Below the pieces are notes generated by a model that searched no databases, was not told where the DNA came from, and saw nothing but the letters and a program-made list of their open reading frames with translations. This document shows, piece after piece, positions 26,440 to 36,184 of a stretch of DNA of 64,000 nt; within the stretch, counting starts at the first letter, position 1; each line of letters opens with the position of its first letter. The stretch is taken from IMG/VR virus record IMGVR_UViG_3300031688_001339; one strand, given 5' to 3'. The stretch is from a virus. A program made the translations under genes and the position numbers.

Positions 26440-28602
26440 ATGCCAGTAATTAAGAGTCCATCGGTCCGAGTAGGTCTAGGACGTATAGGTTATTCAGGTT
26501 CCGCTGGAACAGCAGGTTTCACTGGTTCTGCCGGTGCTACAGGTGCTGCCGGTCCTGGTGGTGGTTATGCCGGCTCTCAAGGTTATACAGGTTCAGGTGG
26601 TTTAGGTTACACAGGTTCACAAGGCGCAGGTTTCACAGGTAGTCAAGGTACAGCAGGTACTTTAGGTTACACAGGTTCACAAGGAACAGGTTTCACAGGT
26701 TCAGCAGGTACAACAGGATTTTCAGGTTCAGCAGGCTCTGTAGGTTATTCAGGATCAGCAGGTTCAACCGGTGGTTTAGGATATTCAGGATCAAAAGGAG
26801 ATACAGGTACATCGGGTACAGTAGGATTTTCAGGTTCACAAGGCTCATTAGGATATTCAGGATCAAGAGGTACAGCAGGTACAACAGGTGGTTTAGGATA
26901 TTCAGGATCAAGAGGTACAGCAGGTACAGTAGGATTTTCAGGTTCAGCGGGTAGTCAAGGTGTTATTGGTTATTCAGGATCAAGAGGTACTGCCGGTACA
27001 GATGGTGACGATGGTTCAGACGGCTCTGTAGGTTTCACAGGTTCAACAGGTGCAGGTTATTCAGGATCAAAAGGAGATACAGGTGCTCAAGGGCCAGGTG
27101 GTGGTTATACTGGTTCAGCAGGTACAGTAGGATTTTCAGGTTCAGCAGGCTCAACCGGTGGTTTAGGATATTCAGGATCAAAAGGAGATACAGGTACAGC
27201 AGGTGGTTTAGGATATTCAGGTTCAGCAGGTTCAGCCGGTGGTTTAGGATATTCAGGATCAAGAGGTGCTTCAGGTGCCGATGGTGCAGGTTATTCAGGA
27301 TCAAAAGGAGATACAGGAACAGGATTTTCAGGTTCAGTTGGTACTGTTGGTTTCACTGGTTCAGCAGGATCAGGTTCAGATTCTCCATTTGTATTTACAA
27401 CTTCAGGAGATTATAGAACACTTACAGGATATTTAGAAGGTGGTTCAACAAAAACAGTTAGAACGGCAGAGTTTTCATCTGACTTATTAAGATTAACTTT
27501 AGCAACATTTACTCCTACTTTTTCTTCATCACCTAGTCCATCAAGTTATCTAGATTGGGATAGACCAGCAACAGGATTTTCTGTATCAATAAATAACCCT
27601 AGCGATATTACAAATGATTATATAAGTTCAGTTTACTCTATCACTCAATCAGGTGGAAGTGTTAACGGTACTTTAAGTAATTATTCAGCAGGTAGTTATT
27701 CACAAACACCAGAAGGAGGTGTAGATTGGTCACAAAGTTTTACAACAAACAATTCTACTTCATATATCAGATCAACATCTACTAGTCGTAGTGGTGGTTC
27801 AGCAAGTGCTGTAGTTAGATACAATCGTAACAATGGTTCAGAATCAGAATATACAGATTCAAATTCAAACATGTCTTTGAGTTGGGCAACTGCCTCTCAT
27901 AGTTTATCTAAATCAAATGTTAGTGGTAAAACTTTTTTAAAAACTTACACTAGTACATCGTACAACACAAGTGTAAATAATATTAATTCTTCAAGTAACA
28001 CTTCACATGCTCTTACAGCAAGTGGTGGTTCTTTAAGTACGACTTCAGGAAGCGGGTCTGTAAGTGGAACATTTACCTTTACATCACCTATACACAAAAA
28101 CAATACAAGCGATACAAGAACGGTTAGTAACACTACAACGTTTACTAGACCTGTCAATGTAACAGGTACCTCATATACGGTAGATCAGTCTACAACAACA
28201 AGCAACGTATCTGCTTCATTTTCATATCCGTCTTTCTGGATTTGGACAGCAGGAGTAGGTTCTACTCCATCTTTGGCCAATATAATAAATGATTCTCAAT
28301 CTACAGGTTTTGAATCAGCAGTGAATCAATTATCTGATCAAACTAAAAATTTTAGTGTTCAATCAGTTAATAATTCAGATTCTAATCCTAGAGCATTTTG
28401 GTTTGCTGTTAGGAATACTGCAAGTCAACCAACAACATTTAAAACAGGTGCTAGTGCAGGTTTATTAAGTGATGTTTCTACTACAGATGGTGGAACAATT
28501 TCTTTAATTCCTGATTCACCACCTTCTGGTTTAACTTCCGAAAGTTATCATATTTACGGATTTACTTTACAACCAGGAACAACATATGTGGAGATAAGTT
28601 AA
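26440..28602 (+). CDS. Collagen-like fibre protein with Ser/Thr-rich C-terminal domain
   Basis: About 300 aa of Gly-X-Y with recurring G(Y/F)(S/T)GS units. Confidence 0.75.
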   Translation: MPVIKSPSVRVGLGRIGYSGSAGTAGFTGSAGATGAAGPGGGYAGSQGYTGSGGLGYTGSQGAGFTGSQGTAGTLGYTGSQGTGFTGSAGTTGFSGSAGSVGYSGSAGSTGGLGYSGSKGDTGTSGTVGFSGSQGSLGYSGSRGTAGTTGGLGYSGSRGTAGTVGFSGSAGSQGVIGYSGSRGTAGTDGDDGSDGSVGFTGSTGAGYSGSKGDTGAQGPGGGYTGSAGTVGFSGSAGSTGGLGYSGSKGDTGTAGGLGYSGSAGSAGGLGYSGSRGASGADGAGYSGSKGDTGTGFSGSVGTVGFTGSAGSGSDSPFVFTTSGDYRTLTGYLEGGSTKTVRTAEFSSDLLRLTLATFTPTFSSSPSPSSYLDWDRPATGFSVSINNPSDITNDYISSVYSITQSGGSVNGTLSNYSAGSYSQTPEGGVDWSQSFTTNNSTSYIRSTSTSRSGGSASAVVRYNRNNGSESEYTDSNSNMSLSWATASHSLSKSNVSGKTFLKTYTSTSYNTSVNNINSSSNTSHALTASGGSLSTTSGSGSVSGTFTFTSPIHKNNTSDTRTVSNTTTFTRPVNVTGTSYTVDQSTTTSNVSASFSYPSFWIWTAGVGSTPSLANIINDSQSTGFESAVNQLSDQTKNFSVQSVNNSDSNPRAFWFAVRNTASQPTTFKTGASAGLLSDVSTTDGGTISLIPDSPPSGLTSESYHIYGFTLQPGTTYVEIS
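26479..27378 (+). repeat. Coding collagen-like G(Y/F)(S/T)GSx-Gxx repeats
   Basis: Recurrent ggtttaggatattcaggatca / ggattttcaggttca units, in frame; limits approximate. Confidence 0.85.
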
Positions 28603-28605
28603 TAG

Positions 28606-30012
28606 ATGGCTACTAACTACGATGGATTAACCCGAAACGTTTGGCCAGGTACTTGGAGTACCGGCACTAATGCGCCTATCGTATTAGACACAGAGGTAAG
28701 AGGAACACTTCAAAGTATATCTGGTGCTGCTAACGATCAGTTGCATAATATTCCAGGTGCTAGAATCCAGGAAGGTATGTTAGTATACGTTAAAACCGGA
28801 TATACTAATGGCTCTACAACATATGTATCTGACAAATATTATACTTACAAACTTATAGGCTCAGAGACTCGTAGTAATATTACCGGCGCTGTACCAAACG
28901 CCAACGCCAACTGGACTTTATTCAGTGTTGGTGGTGGAGCAGGTTACACTGGTTCTGCCGGTGCAATTGGTTTTACAGGTTCAGCAGGTACAGTAGGATT
29001 TTCAGGATCAAAAGGTGATCAAGGTAATTTAGGATATTCAGGATCAAAAGGTGATCAAGGTAATTTAGGATATTCAGGATCAAAAGGAGATACAGGTACA
29101 ACAGGTGGTTTAGGATATTCAGGTTCAGCAGGTGTAGGATATTCAGGATCAAGAGGTACAGCAGGTACAACAGGTACAGTAGGATTTTCAGGATCAAAAG
29201 GAGATACAGGTACAACAGGTGGTTTAGGATATTCAGGATCAAAAGGTGATCAAGGTAATTTAGGATATTCAGGATCAAAAGGCGATCAAGGTAATTTAGG
29301 ATATTCAGGATCAAAAGGTGATCAAGGTAATTTAGGATATTCAGGATCAGAAGGAGTTGGATATACAGGTTCACGAGGTACACAAGGTACTGTAGGTTAT
29401 GTAGGATCAGAGGGAAATTTAGACGTAACAGTAAACTCAACACCACCGGTTGGTGCTGGTATTGGTGACGTTTGGATTGATGACGCAACAGGAATTCAAT
29501 ATTTCTGGATGTACGATGGTAACAGTAATCAATGGGTAGAATTAAGTAACCAAGGTGTAGTAGGATTTACAGGTTCACAAGGAGCAGTAGGAGCTATTAA
29601 TGATTTATCAGACGTAACAGTTACGGCTCCAACTAGAGGTCAAACTTTAGTTTATGAAACTGCCGGTTGGATACAAAGTGTAACGCCTATATCTCAATTT
29701 GTACTAACAGCTAACGGTTCTAGTGCATATAGATTTGACGGTGCAGGCTTTCCAGCGGGTACTAGTGGTGACAACCCTACAATATTTTTAAAAAAAGGCC
29801 AGACATATTACTTTAGAAATACAAGTAGTGGTCACCCTTTTGAAATACGATCAACTGCCGGTGGTAGTGCGTATAACACAGGCGTTACAGATAATAACGC
29901 TTCAGGTCCTTCAGGAATAATTGTTTTTCATATTCCTATGAACGCACCTGCGACATTATACTATCAATGTTCATCGCATAGTTCAATGTTAGGAACAATT
30001 ACTATCGTATAA
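28606..30012 (+). CDS. Collagen-like fibre protein with C-terminal cupredoxin-like domain
   Basis: GNLGYSGSKGDQ repeats; GHPF...YYQCSSHSSM. Confidence 0.75.
   Translation: MATNYDGLTRNVWPGTWSTGTNAPIVLDTEVRGTLQSISGAANDQLHNIPGARIQEGMLVYVKTGYTNGSTTYVSDKYYTYKLIGSETRSNITGAVPNANANWTLFSVGGGAGYTGSAGAIGFTGSAGTVGFSGSKGDQGNLGYSGSKGDQGNLGYSGSKGDTGTTGGLGYSGSAGVGYSGSRGTAGTTGTVGFSGSKGDTGTTGGLGYSGSKGDQGNLGYSGSKGDQGNLGYSGSKGDQGNLGYSGSEGVGYTGSRGTQGTVGYVGSEGNLDVTVNSTPPVGAGIGDVWIDDATGIQYFWMYDGNSNQWVELSNQGVVGFTGSQGAVGAINDLSDVTVTAPTRGQTLVYETAGWIQSVTPISQFVLTANGSSAYRFDGAGFPAGTSGDNPTIFLKKGQTYYFRNTSSGHPFEIRSTAGGSAYNTGVTDNNASGPSGIIVFHIPMNAPATLYYQCSSHSSMLGTITIV
28940..29415 (+). repeat. Coding tandem repeats, 36-nt unit GYSGSKGDQGNL
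   Basis: ggatattcaggatcaaaaggtgatcaaggtaattta near-identical copies; limits approximate. Confidence 0.85.
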
Positions 30013-30065
30013 GAAAAAAAGTTTTGAAACACTTGATTTAATATCATTAATGAGAGTGTATATAT

Positions 30066-30073
30066 TATAAATA
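30066..30073 (+). promoter_or_regulatory. Late promoter TATAAATA
   Basis: Exact consensus in the intergenic region. Confidence 0.7.
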
Positions 30074-30164
30074 GAGATAGAAAAGATAGTTTCTTTTCTT
30101 GCAAGAGACAGAACATGACAGAAAGTGATAAGTTAAATTTAACAATAATTAGGAGACAAGCAAA

Positions 30165-31259
30165 ATGGCAATTAATTTTCCAAATAGTCCCTCATTAAAC
30201 GATCTTTACACACTTGGCACACGTCAGTGGAAATGGAACGGTAATGGGTGGGCACTTCAGCCTTTAACAGCAGGTTTCACTGGATCAATCGGTTACTCCG
30301 GTTCTAAAGGTGATATTGGTTATACAGGTTCAAAAGGAAACACGGGTCAAGGTTTTAGAATTACTAAAACTTATACAAGCGTTTCTGCACTATCAGCAGA
30401 CACAAGTCCATCAGGCATAGCAACTGGTGAATTTGCAATAATTGAAAACGGCTCTTTAACAGACGCCGAAAATTCTAGATTATACCTATGGAATGGATCA
30501 AACTACAGTTTTGTATCCGATCTTTCTGGTACAATTGGTTTCACAGGATCTAAAGGAGACATTGGTTTCACAGGTTCACAAGGTGTAATTGGTTTTACTG
30601 GTTCTAAAGGTGATCAAGGTATCATTGGTTTTACAGGATCTAAAGGCGATCAAGGTATAATTGGTTTTACTGGTTCACAAGGTGTAATTGGTTTTACAGG
30701 ATCAAAAGGCTTCACAGGATCTAAAGGAGACATTGGTTTCTCAGGTTCTAAAGGAGACATTGGTTTCACAGGATCAAAAGGCTTTGGCGGTTCTAAAGGT
30801 GATATTGGTTATTCAGGATCTAAAGGAGACATTGGTTTCTCAGGTTCTAAAGGCGATATTGGTTTTACGGGCTCTAAAGGTTTCGCAGGATCAGAAGGTA
30901 ATTTAGATATTACAACTTCAGTAGCTCCACCATCAAGTGGTGTTGGTGAAGGTGATATTTGGGTTGACGCTAATACAGGCGTACAGTACTTCTACTACAA
31001 CGATGGTAATTCAGTTCAATGGGTTGAATTAAGTAACCAAGGTGTTGTTGGTTTTACTGGATCTAAAGGTGATACAGGTAATCAAGGTGTTATAGGATTC
31101 TCAGGATCAAAAGGTGACCAAGGTGTTATCGGGTTCTCAGGTTCTCAAGGCGCACAAGTGGCAACAGTTGACTCAAGTAATTTTTCAGCTGCTGTAACAT
31201 TACTGATTAAAAACAGTAGTGGTACTACATTAAAAACAATCATAGGTAATGCTTCATAG
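30165..31259 (+). CDS. Collagen-like fibre protein
   Basis: GDIGF(T/S)GSK repeats; SD AGGAGA. Confidence 0.75.
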   Translation: MAINFPNSPSLNDLYTLGTRQWKWNGNGWALQPLTAGFTGSIGYSGSKGDIGYTGSKGNTGQGFRITKTYTSVSALSADTSPSGIATGEFAIIENGSLTDAENSRLYLWNGSNYSFVSDLSGTIGFTGSKGDIGFTGSQGVIGFTGSKGDQGIIGFTGSKGDQGIIGFTGSQGVIGFTGSKGFTGSKGDIGFSGSKGDIGFTGSKGFGGSKGDIGYSGSKGDIGFSGSKGDIGFTGSKGFAGSEGNLDITTSVAPPSSGVGEGDIWVDANTGVQYFYYNDGNSVQWVELSNQGVVGFTGSKGDTGNQGVIGFSGSKGDQGVIGFSGSQGAQVATVDSSNFSAAVTLLIKNSSGTTLKTIIGNAS

Positions 31260-31291
31260 GCATAACTGAAGAATAATAGGAGAAATATAAC

Positions 31292-32227
31292 ATGGCAACA
31301 AGAAACCCCTTAATATACTCTGGGAATAACTTGGTTGAGATGACTTCAGGTCAGATGGACGCTTTAATATTGAATATTGTTTATCAATATTCTCAAAGTC
31401 CCTCTGTAGCTTTATCTGTTGTTGGTAGTAGCGGTACTCTAGGATCATTAAGTGATACTAGATTACAGGCTGGAGCTATTTCTAATAGTAACAGTTCTTT
31501 CCCTTCACAAGGAACGACACAAGACCCACAAACGGTAACAGTTAACTATGATAAAATAACTCAAACAGTTCAATCGGTAACGAAAACAACTGACACAGGC
31601 ACAACATGGCCGATCTACTACGAGACAAGTGGTGGTAATCTTCGTGCTATGCCTATTGCAGACATTAAGGACACGTTCCTTCATCCTGCAATTGATTTAT
31701 TGACAGCAAGTACAACGACTTCACAACAAGGTGGAACATATCATATATCTACATCTTCAAGTGTGTCGGGATCAACTGAAGTTTCTGGAAGTAATACACC
31801 GATCTTTATTGACACAAGAGCCAACACTGGTTCTTATGCGTCAGGATCAATCGGTGATCACGCTCAGGACAATCCAACTACGATTACAAGTTACTATTTA
31901 CAACGTGTAAATGGTGCTACATCATCATACGAACAACCTTTGACTATTGTCTCAGGAAATAACCTACAGCAAGTAACTACTTCAAACTTTAACACTTTGT
32001 TACAAGGATGGATTAGAGAAACTGCAGCTAATTCCTCTGACGGTTATTCAATACGTTACAACTTTAATGGTTCTGGTACGACAAGAGGTTCAGGAATGGC
32101 TAACACCGTTTTGAACGGAACAAACTACCAAACTAGACAAGTTGGTGATGACTACAGAGCGCAAGAGTTTCCAGCAGGTTCTGCTACAACTCAAGCAACT
32201 CACACTTTAAAGATTCTAAAAGCATAA
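31292..32227 (+). CDS. Virion structural protein (Ser/Thr-rich)
   Basis: SD AGGAGA; composition and position within the fibre operon. Confidence 0.6.
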   Translation: MATRNPLIYSGNNLVEMTSGQMDALILNIVYQYSQSPSVALSVVGSSGTLGSLSDTRLQAGAISNSNSSFPSQGTTQDPQTVTVNYDKITQTVQSVTKTTDTGTTWPIYYETSGGNLRAMPIADIKDTFLHPAIDLLTASTTTSQQGGTYHISTSSSVSGSTEVSGSNTPIFIDTRANTGSYASGSIGDHAQDNPTTITSYYLQRVNGATSSYEQPLTIVSGNNLQQVTTSNFNTLLQGWIRETAANSSDGYSIRYNFNGSGTTRGSGMANTVLNGTNYQTRQVGDDYRAQEFPAGSATTQATHTLKILKA

Positions 32228-32259
32228 TCTTTAATTTAAGTAGTTTAATCAAAAAGATT

Positions 32260-32292
32260 AACCCCTGGAATGAAAGTTCCAGGGGTTTTTTT
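32260..32292 (+). terminator. Rho-independent terminator
   Basis: AACCCCTGGAA-TGAAAG-TTCCAGGGGTT followed by a T run. Confidence 0.85.
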
Positions 32293-32318
32293 ATGGAAAA
32301 TAAGCTCTTAATATCTGT

Positions 32319-32335
32319 TATAAATATTATAAATA
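32319..32335 (+). promoter_or_regulatory. Tandem late promoters (two TATAAATA)
   Basis: Exact copies at 32319-32326 and 32328-32335. Confidence 0.75.
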
Positions 32336-32372
32336 TGGTGAGAGATCAACTAAAGGTTAACAAAATTATAAC

Positions 32373-33422
32373 ATGCCGACTATAAACTTTCCGAGTGGAC
32401 CATCACTCAACGATTCTTACAATCTAGGTACTCGTACTTGGAAGTGGAATGGTGAGGCATGGGCTTTACAACCACTTACAGGTGGATTTACAGGTTCAGC
32501 AGGTGCGATTGGTTACACTGGTTCAACAGGTGCCATTGCGCCTTTGACTATAGATACAACAAACGATAGAGTTGGTATTAATCAAACATCTCCAAGCGTA
32601 GCATTAGATGTAGTTGGTGGTATCAAAGCTACTGGTAAGATAGAGACAGGCGATACAGAATTAAATAGCGGATCAAAAAGTATTATTAATACAGGCACCT
32701 CAAATTTGCAAATTGACGGTAGTTCCAATGGAGCTAGACTCTATATTAGAAATGGAGGCGTTGAAGGATTTTCAGCAGGATCGGAAGGCGGTCAAGGACA
32801 CGGTTCAATGTCTTTACGAGGTCAACAAGTATTTGTAGGTGGTAATGGTGGTAAAGGTTTTGCAATAGGTAGAAGTGTTTCGTGGTCCGATGTTAACAGT
32901 CAGGCTAGTGGAGAAGATGATCTTTACTTAAAAGGTGATGTTAAAGTATCAGGTAGTTTAAGAGTTGTTGATGATGTAACTTTATCAAACAATAAAAAAG
33001 TAATATTTGGTGACGCTGGAGAAAACATTGTAGGTGATGGAACAAATTTAACTATTGTTTCAAGTGGTAATGCTATTATAGACGCTACAGGTCATATTGA
33101 TTTAGACTATGGTGGTATTGGTAATATTAATTTAAAAGACGATGGAACAAAATTTGCTACATTTGGAAACAACTCTGGACATTTCAATATAGACGCTGCT
33201 ATACAAGATAAAGATATATCATTCAGAGGTAATGATGGTGGTTCATCAGTTACAGCATTAACTTTAGATATGTCAGATAATGGGGCTGCAACATTTAGTG
33301 GTGGAATATCTATCACAAATGGTGCCTTAACATTGTCTAGCGGAGTTAGTAACTCAACAAGTATTGTAATTAAAAATTCAAGTGGTACTGTATTAAAAAC
33401 TATGTATGGAACGACAAGTTAA
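32373..33422 (+). CDS. Tail/whisker fibre-like protein
   Basis: RVGINQTSPSVALDVVG fibre motif; N- and C-termini shared with ORF 30165. Confidence 0.7.
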   Translation: MPTINFPSGPSLNDSYNLGTRTWKWNGEAWALQPLTGGFTGSAGAIGYTGSTGAIAPLTIDTTNDRVGINQTSPSVALDVVGGIKATGKIETGDTELNSGSKSIINTGTSNLQIDGSSNGARLYIRNGGVEGFSAGSEGGQGHGSMSLRGQQVFVGGNGGKGFAIGRSVSWSDVNSQASGEDDLYLKGDVKVSGSLRVVDDVTLSNNKKVIFGDAGENIVGDGTNLTIVSSGNAIIDATGHIDLDYGGIGNINLKDDGTKFATFGNNSGHFNIDAAIQDKDISFRGNDGGSSVTALTLDMSDNGAATFSGGISITNGALTLSSGVSNSTSIVIKNSSGTVLKTMYGTTS

Positions 33423-33441
33423 TTAGAGGATAAATAGAATT

Positions 33442-34248
33442 ATGGCACAACCAACAACTAGAGAAACATTAAAAGACTATGCTTTAAGAGCACTAGGTCA
33501 ACCTGTTATAGAAATTAACGTTGACAATGATCAACTAGAAGATAGACTAGATGAAGCTTTACAGTTTTATTCTCAATATCATTATGACGCTATTAGAAGA
33601 ACATATTTAAAGTATCAATATACACAAGCAGATTATGACAGAGTTACTACTAATGCAAGTGAATCTATAACTAAAGAAGGAGTAACTACTTCTTGGAAAG
33701 AAAGTCAAAATTTTATAGTTGTTCCTGAAACTGTTATAGCAGTTACAAATATTTTTCCTTTTTCAAGTAAAGGTACTCTTAATTTATTTGATGTAAGATA
33801 CCAAATGAGATTAAATGATCTATATGATTTTTCTTCAACATCGGTAGTTAACTATGATCTCGTAATGAGACAATTAGATTTTTTAGATCATATTTTAGTT
33901 GGTGAAAAACCTTTAAGATTTAACATAAACGATAACAGACTATACATTGACATGGACTGGAAAAACGATTTACAAGTTGGTGAATTTCTTGTAATAGACT
34001 GTTATAGAAAATTAGATCCAGCAACTCATACAGACGTATTCAATGACCAATGGTTAAAAAGATATGTAGTTGCTTTATTTAAAAAACAATGGGGAGCAAA
34101 CCTATCTAAATTTAATGGTGTTACTATGATTGGTGGTGTCTCACTTAACGGACAACAATTATATTCAGAGGCAATCACAGACGTTGATAAACTAGAAACA
34201 GAAATTAGAAACGCATTTGAAATAGCCCCAGCATTTTTGATAGGTTAA
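33442..34248 (+). CDS. gp13: Neck protein gp13
   Basis: LRALGQPVIEINV, KKQWGANLSKF; synteny. Confidence 0.92.
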   Translation: MAQPTTRETLKDYALRALGQPVIEINVDNDQLEDRLDEALQFYSQYHYDAIRRTYLKYQYTQADYDRVTTNASESITKEGVTTSWKESQNFIVVPETVIAVTNIFPFSSKGTLNLFDVRYQMRLNDLYDFSSTSVVNYDLVMRQLDFLDHILVGEKPLRFNINDNRLYIDMDWKNDLQVGEFLVIDCYRKLDPATHTDVFNDQWLKRYVVALFKKQWGANLSKFNGVTMIGGVSLNGQQLYSEAITDVDKLETEIRNAFEIAPAFLIG

Positions 34249-34252
34249 ACTT

Positions 34253-35059
34253 ATGGTAATAATGAATCCATATTTTCAACACGGAGATGGCATCGGTAAT
34301 TCTGCCGAGAAATACCTGTATGAAGATTTAATCATAGAAGGACTAAAAATATATGGTAACTTAATCTACTATATGCCAAGAGAAATGGTAAATAGAGATT
34401 TAGTTTTAGGTGAAGATGTAAGTAGTAATTTTAAAAACGCATTACCAATAGAAATGTATTTTGAAACTACTGAAGGATTTGCAGGTCAACAAGAGTTGAT
34501 TAATAAATTTGGATTAGAAATAAGAGAAGATACAACACTTGTTGTTTCTAAAAGAAGATTCCATAACAAAATAGATACTAGGGTTGCATTGGGAACACCA
34601 GGCAGACCTAACGAAGGAGATATATTATTCTTTCCTTTGATGAACAGTTTTTTTGAAATTCAATTTGTAGAAGATCAGGAACCTTTCTTTCAATTAGGAA
34701 GTTTACCTGTTTATAAATTAAGAGTAACACGTTGGGAATATGCAAATGAATCAATTGATACAGGTTTAAAAGATATTGATAAGAGAGAAGGAGAAAATTC
34801 TGTTAATCTATTAGTAGACAGAATACCTTTAGAAGATGATCTAGGTTCATTAAGATTAGAGACAGATGATATTTCTTCAGGTAATGCTAACTTCTTATTA
34901 AACGAAGAATACAACGCAGCTACAACAACAGTACAGACTCAATCCGACTATGCACAGAATTTAGATTTAGATACGGCTGCCGGATTTGATACTGAATCAG
35001 TAACAGACGATGTACTAGATTTCACAGAAAGAAATCCATTTGGAGAGGTAGACATTTAA
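34253..35059 (+). CDS. gp14: Neck protein gp14
   Basis: YYMPRE, RPNEGD, PFFQLG, DFTERNPFGE. Confidence 0.92.
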   Translation: MVIMNPYFQHGDGIGNSAEKYLYEDLIIEGLKIYGNLIYYMPREMVNRDLVLGEDVSSNFKNALPIEMYFETTEGFAGQQELINKFGLEIREDTTLVVSKRRFHNKIDTRVALGTPGRPNEGDILFFPLMNSFFEIQFVEDQEPFFQLGSLPVYKLRVTRWEYANESIDTGLKDIDKREGENSVNLLVDRIPLEDDLGSLRLETDDISSGNANFLLNEEYNAATTTVQTQSDYAQNLDLDTAAGFDTESVTDDVLDFTERNPFGEVDI

Positions 35060-35238
35060 TGGAAAGAGATAGACATAGACAATTGCGTGAACACGCTAAT
35101 AAAGTTCAAAGAGAAAAAAAAGAAATGGAACTATCAAGAGTTTTAAAAAAAGAAGTAGTTTCTGGTGCTAATGGCACACAAGACTATATAATTAAAGAAG
35201 GACCTAATAAAGGTAAAATAGCAGATAAAGGACAATAA
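35059..35238 (+). CDS. 59-aa hypothetical protein (not in the ORF track)
   Basis: MERDRHRQLREH...IADKGQ; TAATG overlaps with both gp14 and gp15. Confidence 0.6.
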   Translation: MERDRHRQLREHANKVQREKKEMELSRVLKKEVVSGANGTQDYIIKEGPNKGKIADKGQ

Positions 35239-36182
35239 TGTTTGGAACACCGTTTTATAACGAAGGATTAAGAAAGATCATTATCTCTTTTGGACAATTG
35301 TTTAACAACATTGTTATAGAGAATAAGAGTAGTGACGGTGCTATATTGAAAAGAATAAAAGTACCTTTAGCATATGCACCTAAAGAAAAGTTTTTAGTTC
35401 GTTTAGATGAACAAGCAAATTTAGAAGATAGATCAATGGCAATTACGTTGCCTAGAATAGGTTTTGAAATATCAGGATTACAATATGATCCTGCAAGAAA
35501 ATTGACAAGAGTACAAAAATTTATGAAGCCTCAAGTTGATTTAAGTAGAGCAGAGTCGAGTGCTTTACTAGATAAAGTATTTTTAGAAGATGACACTGGT
35601 TCTGTTTTACTTGAACAAACAAACAAGATTACAGGTAACGCAGAATATGTATTGAACGAAACAGCAAATCCAGCAAGTAAGTCAACTAAAAAAAATAGTT
35701 ATAACTATGTTCCTGTTCCGTACAATATTAGTTTAAACGTTTATGCCTTTACAGCAACTGCTGAAAATGGTTTACAAATTATAGAACAAATACTACCTTT
35801 CTTTCAACCTGATTATACAGTTACAGTAAATGTACTACCACAATTAGGTATTAAAAGAGACGTACCAATAATTCTTAACTCTATTAACTATGAAGACAGT
35901 TATTCAGGTGACTTTACTTCACGTAGAGCGGTTATATACACAATGAATTTTACTGCTAAAACATACTTGTTTGGTCCTACGACTAGTCAAGGTGTTATTA
36001 AAACAGTACAAGCAGATTTATATACAGACAGTGATCCAGCAACTGCTAAGAGAGAAGAAAGAATAGTAATTCAACCAAATCCATTATCGGCTGACGCTAA
36101 TGATGATTTTGGATTTACAACAACAATAACAAATTTTACAGATGGAAAAAAATATAACCCAGCAACTGATAGTGATGAATAA
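35238..36182 (+). CDS. gp15: Tail sheath stabiliser/completion protein gp15
   Basis: FGQLFNNI, VPLAYAPKEKF, QIIEQILPFFQP. Confidence 0.92.
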   Translation: MFGTPFYNEGLRKIIISFGQLFNNIVIENKSSDGAILKRIKVPLAYAPKEKFLVRLDEQANLEDRSMAITLPRIGFEISGLQYDPARKLTRVQKFMKPQVDLSRAESSALLDKVFLEDDTGSVLLEQTNKITGNAEYVLNETANPASKSTKKNSYNYVPVPYNISLNVYAFTATAENGLQIIEQILPFFQPDYTVTVNVLPQLGIKRDVPIILNSINYEDSYSGDFTSRRAVIYTMNFTAKTYLFGPTTSQGVIKTVQADLYTDSDPATAKREERIVIQPNPLSADANDDFGFTTTITNFTDGKKYNPATDSDE

Positions 36183-36184
36183 TT

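Noticed and set aside
26693-29488. Minus-strand Leu/Asn/Ile-rich ORFs (26693, 27035, 28973)
   Set aside because: Shadow frames of the collagen-like repeats.
26479-31152. CRISPR-like appearance of 27-36-nt repeats
   Set aside because: The repeats are in-frame Gly-X-Y coding units with synonymous variation; there are no unique spacers and no cas genes.
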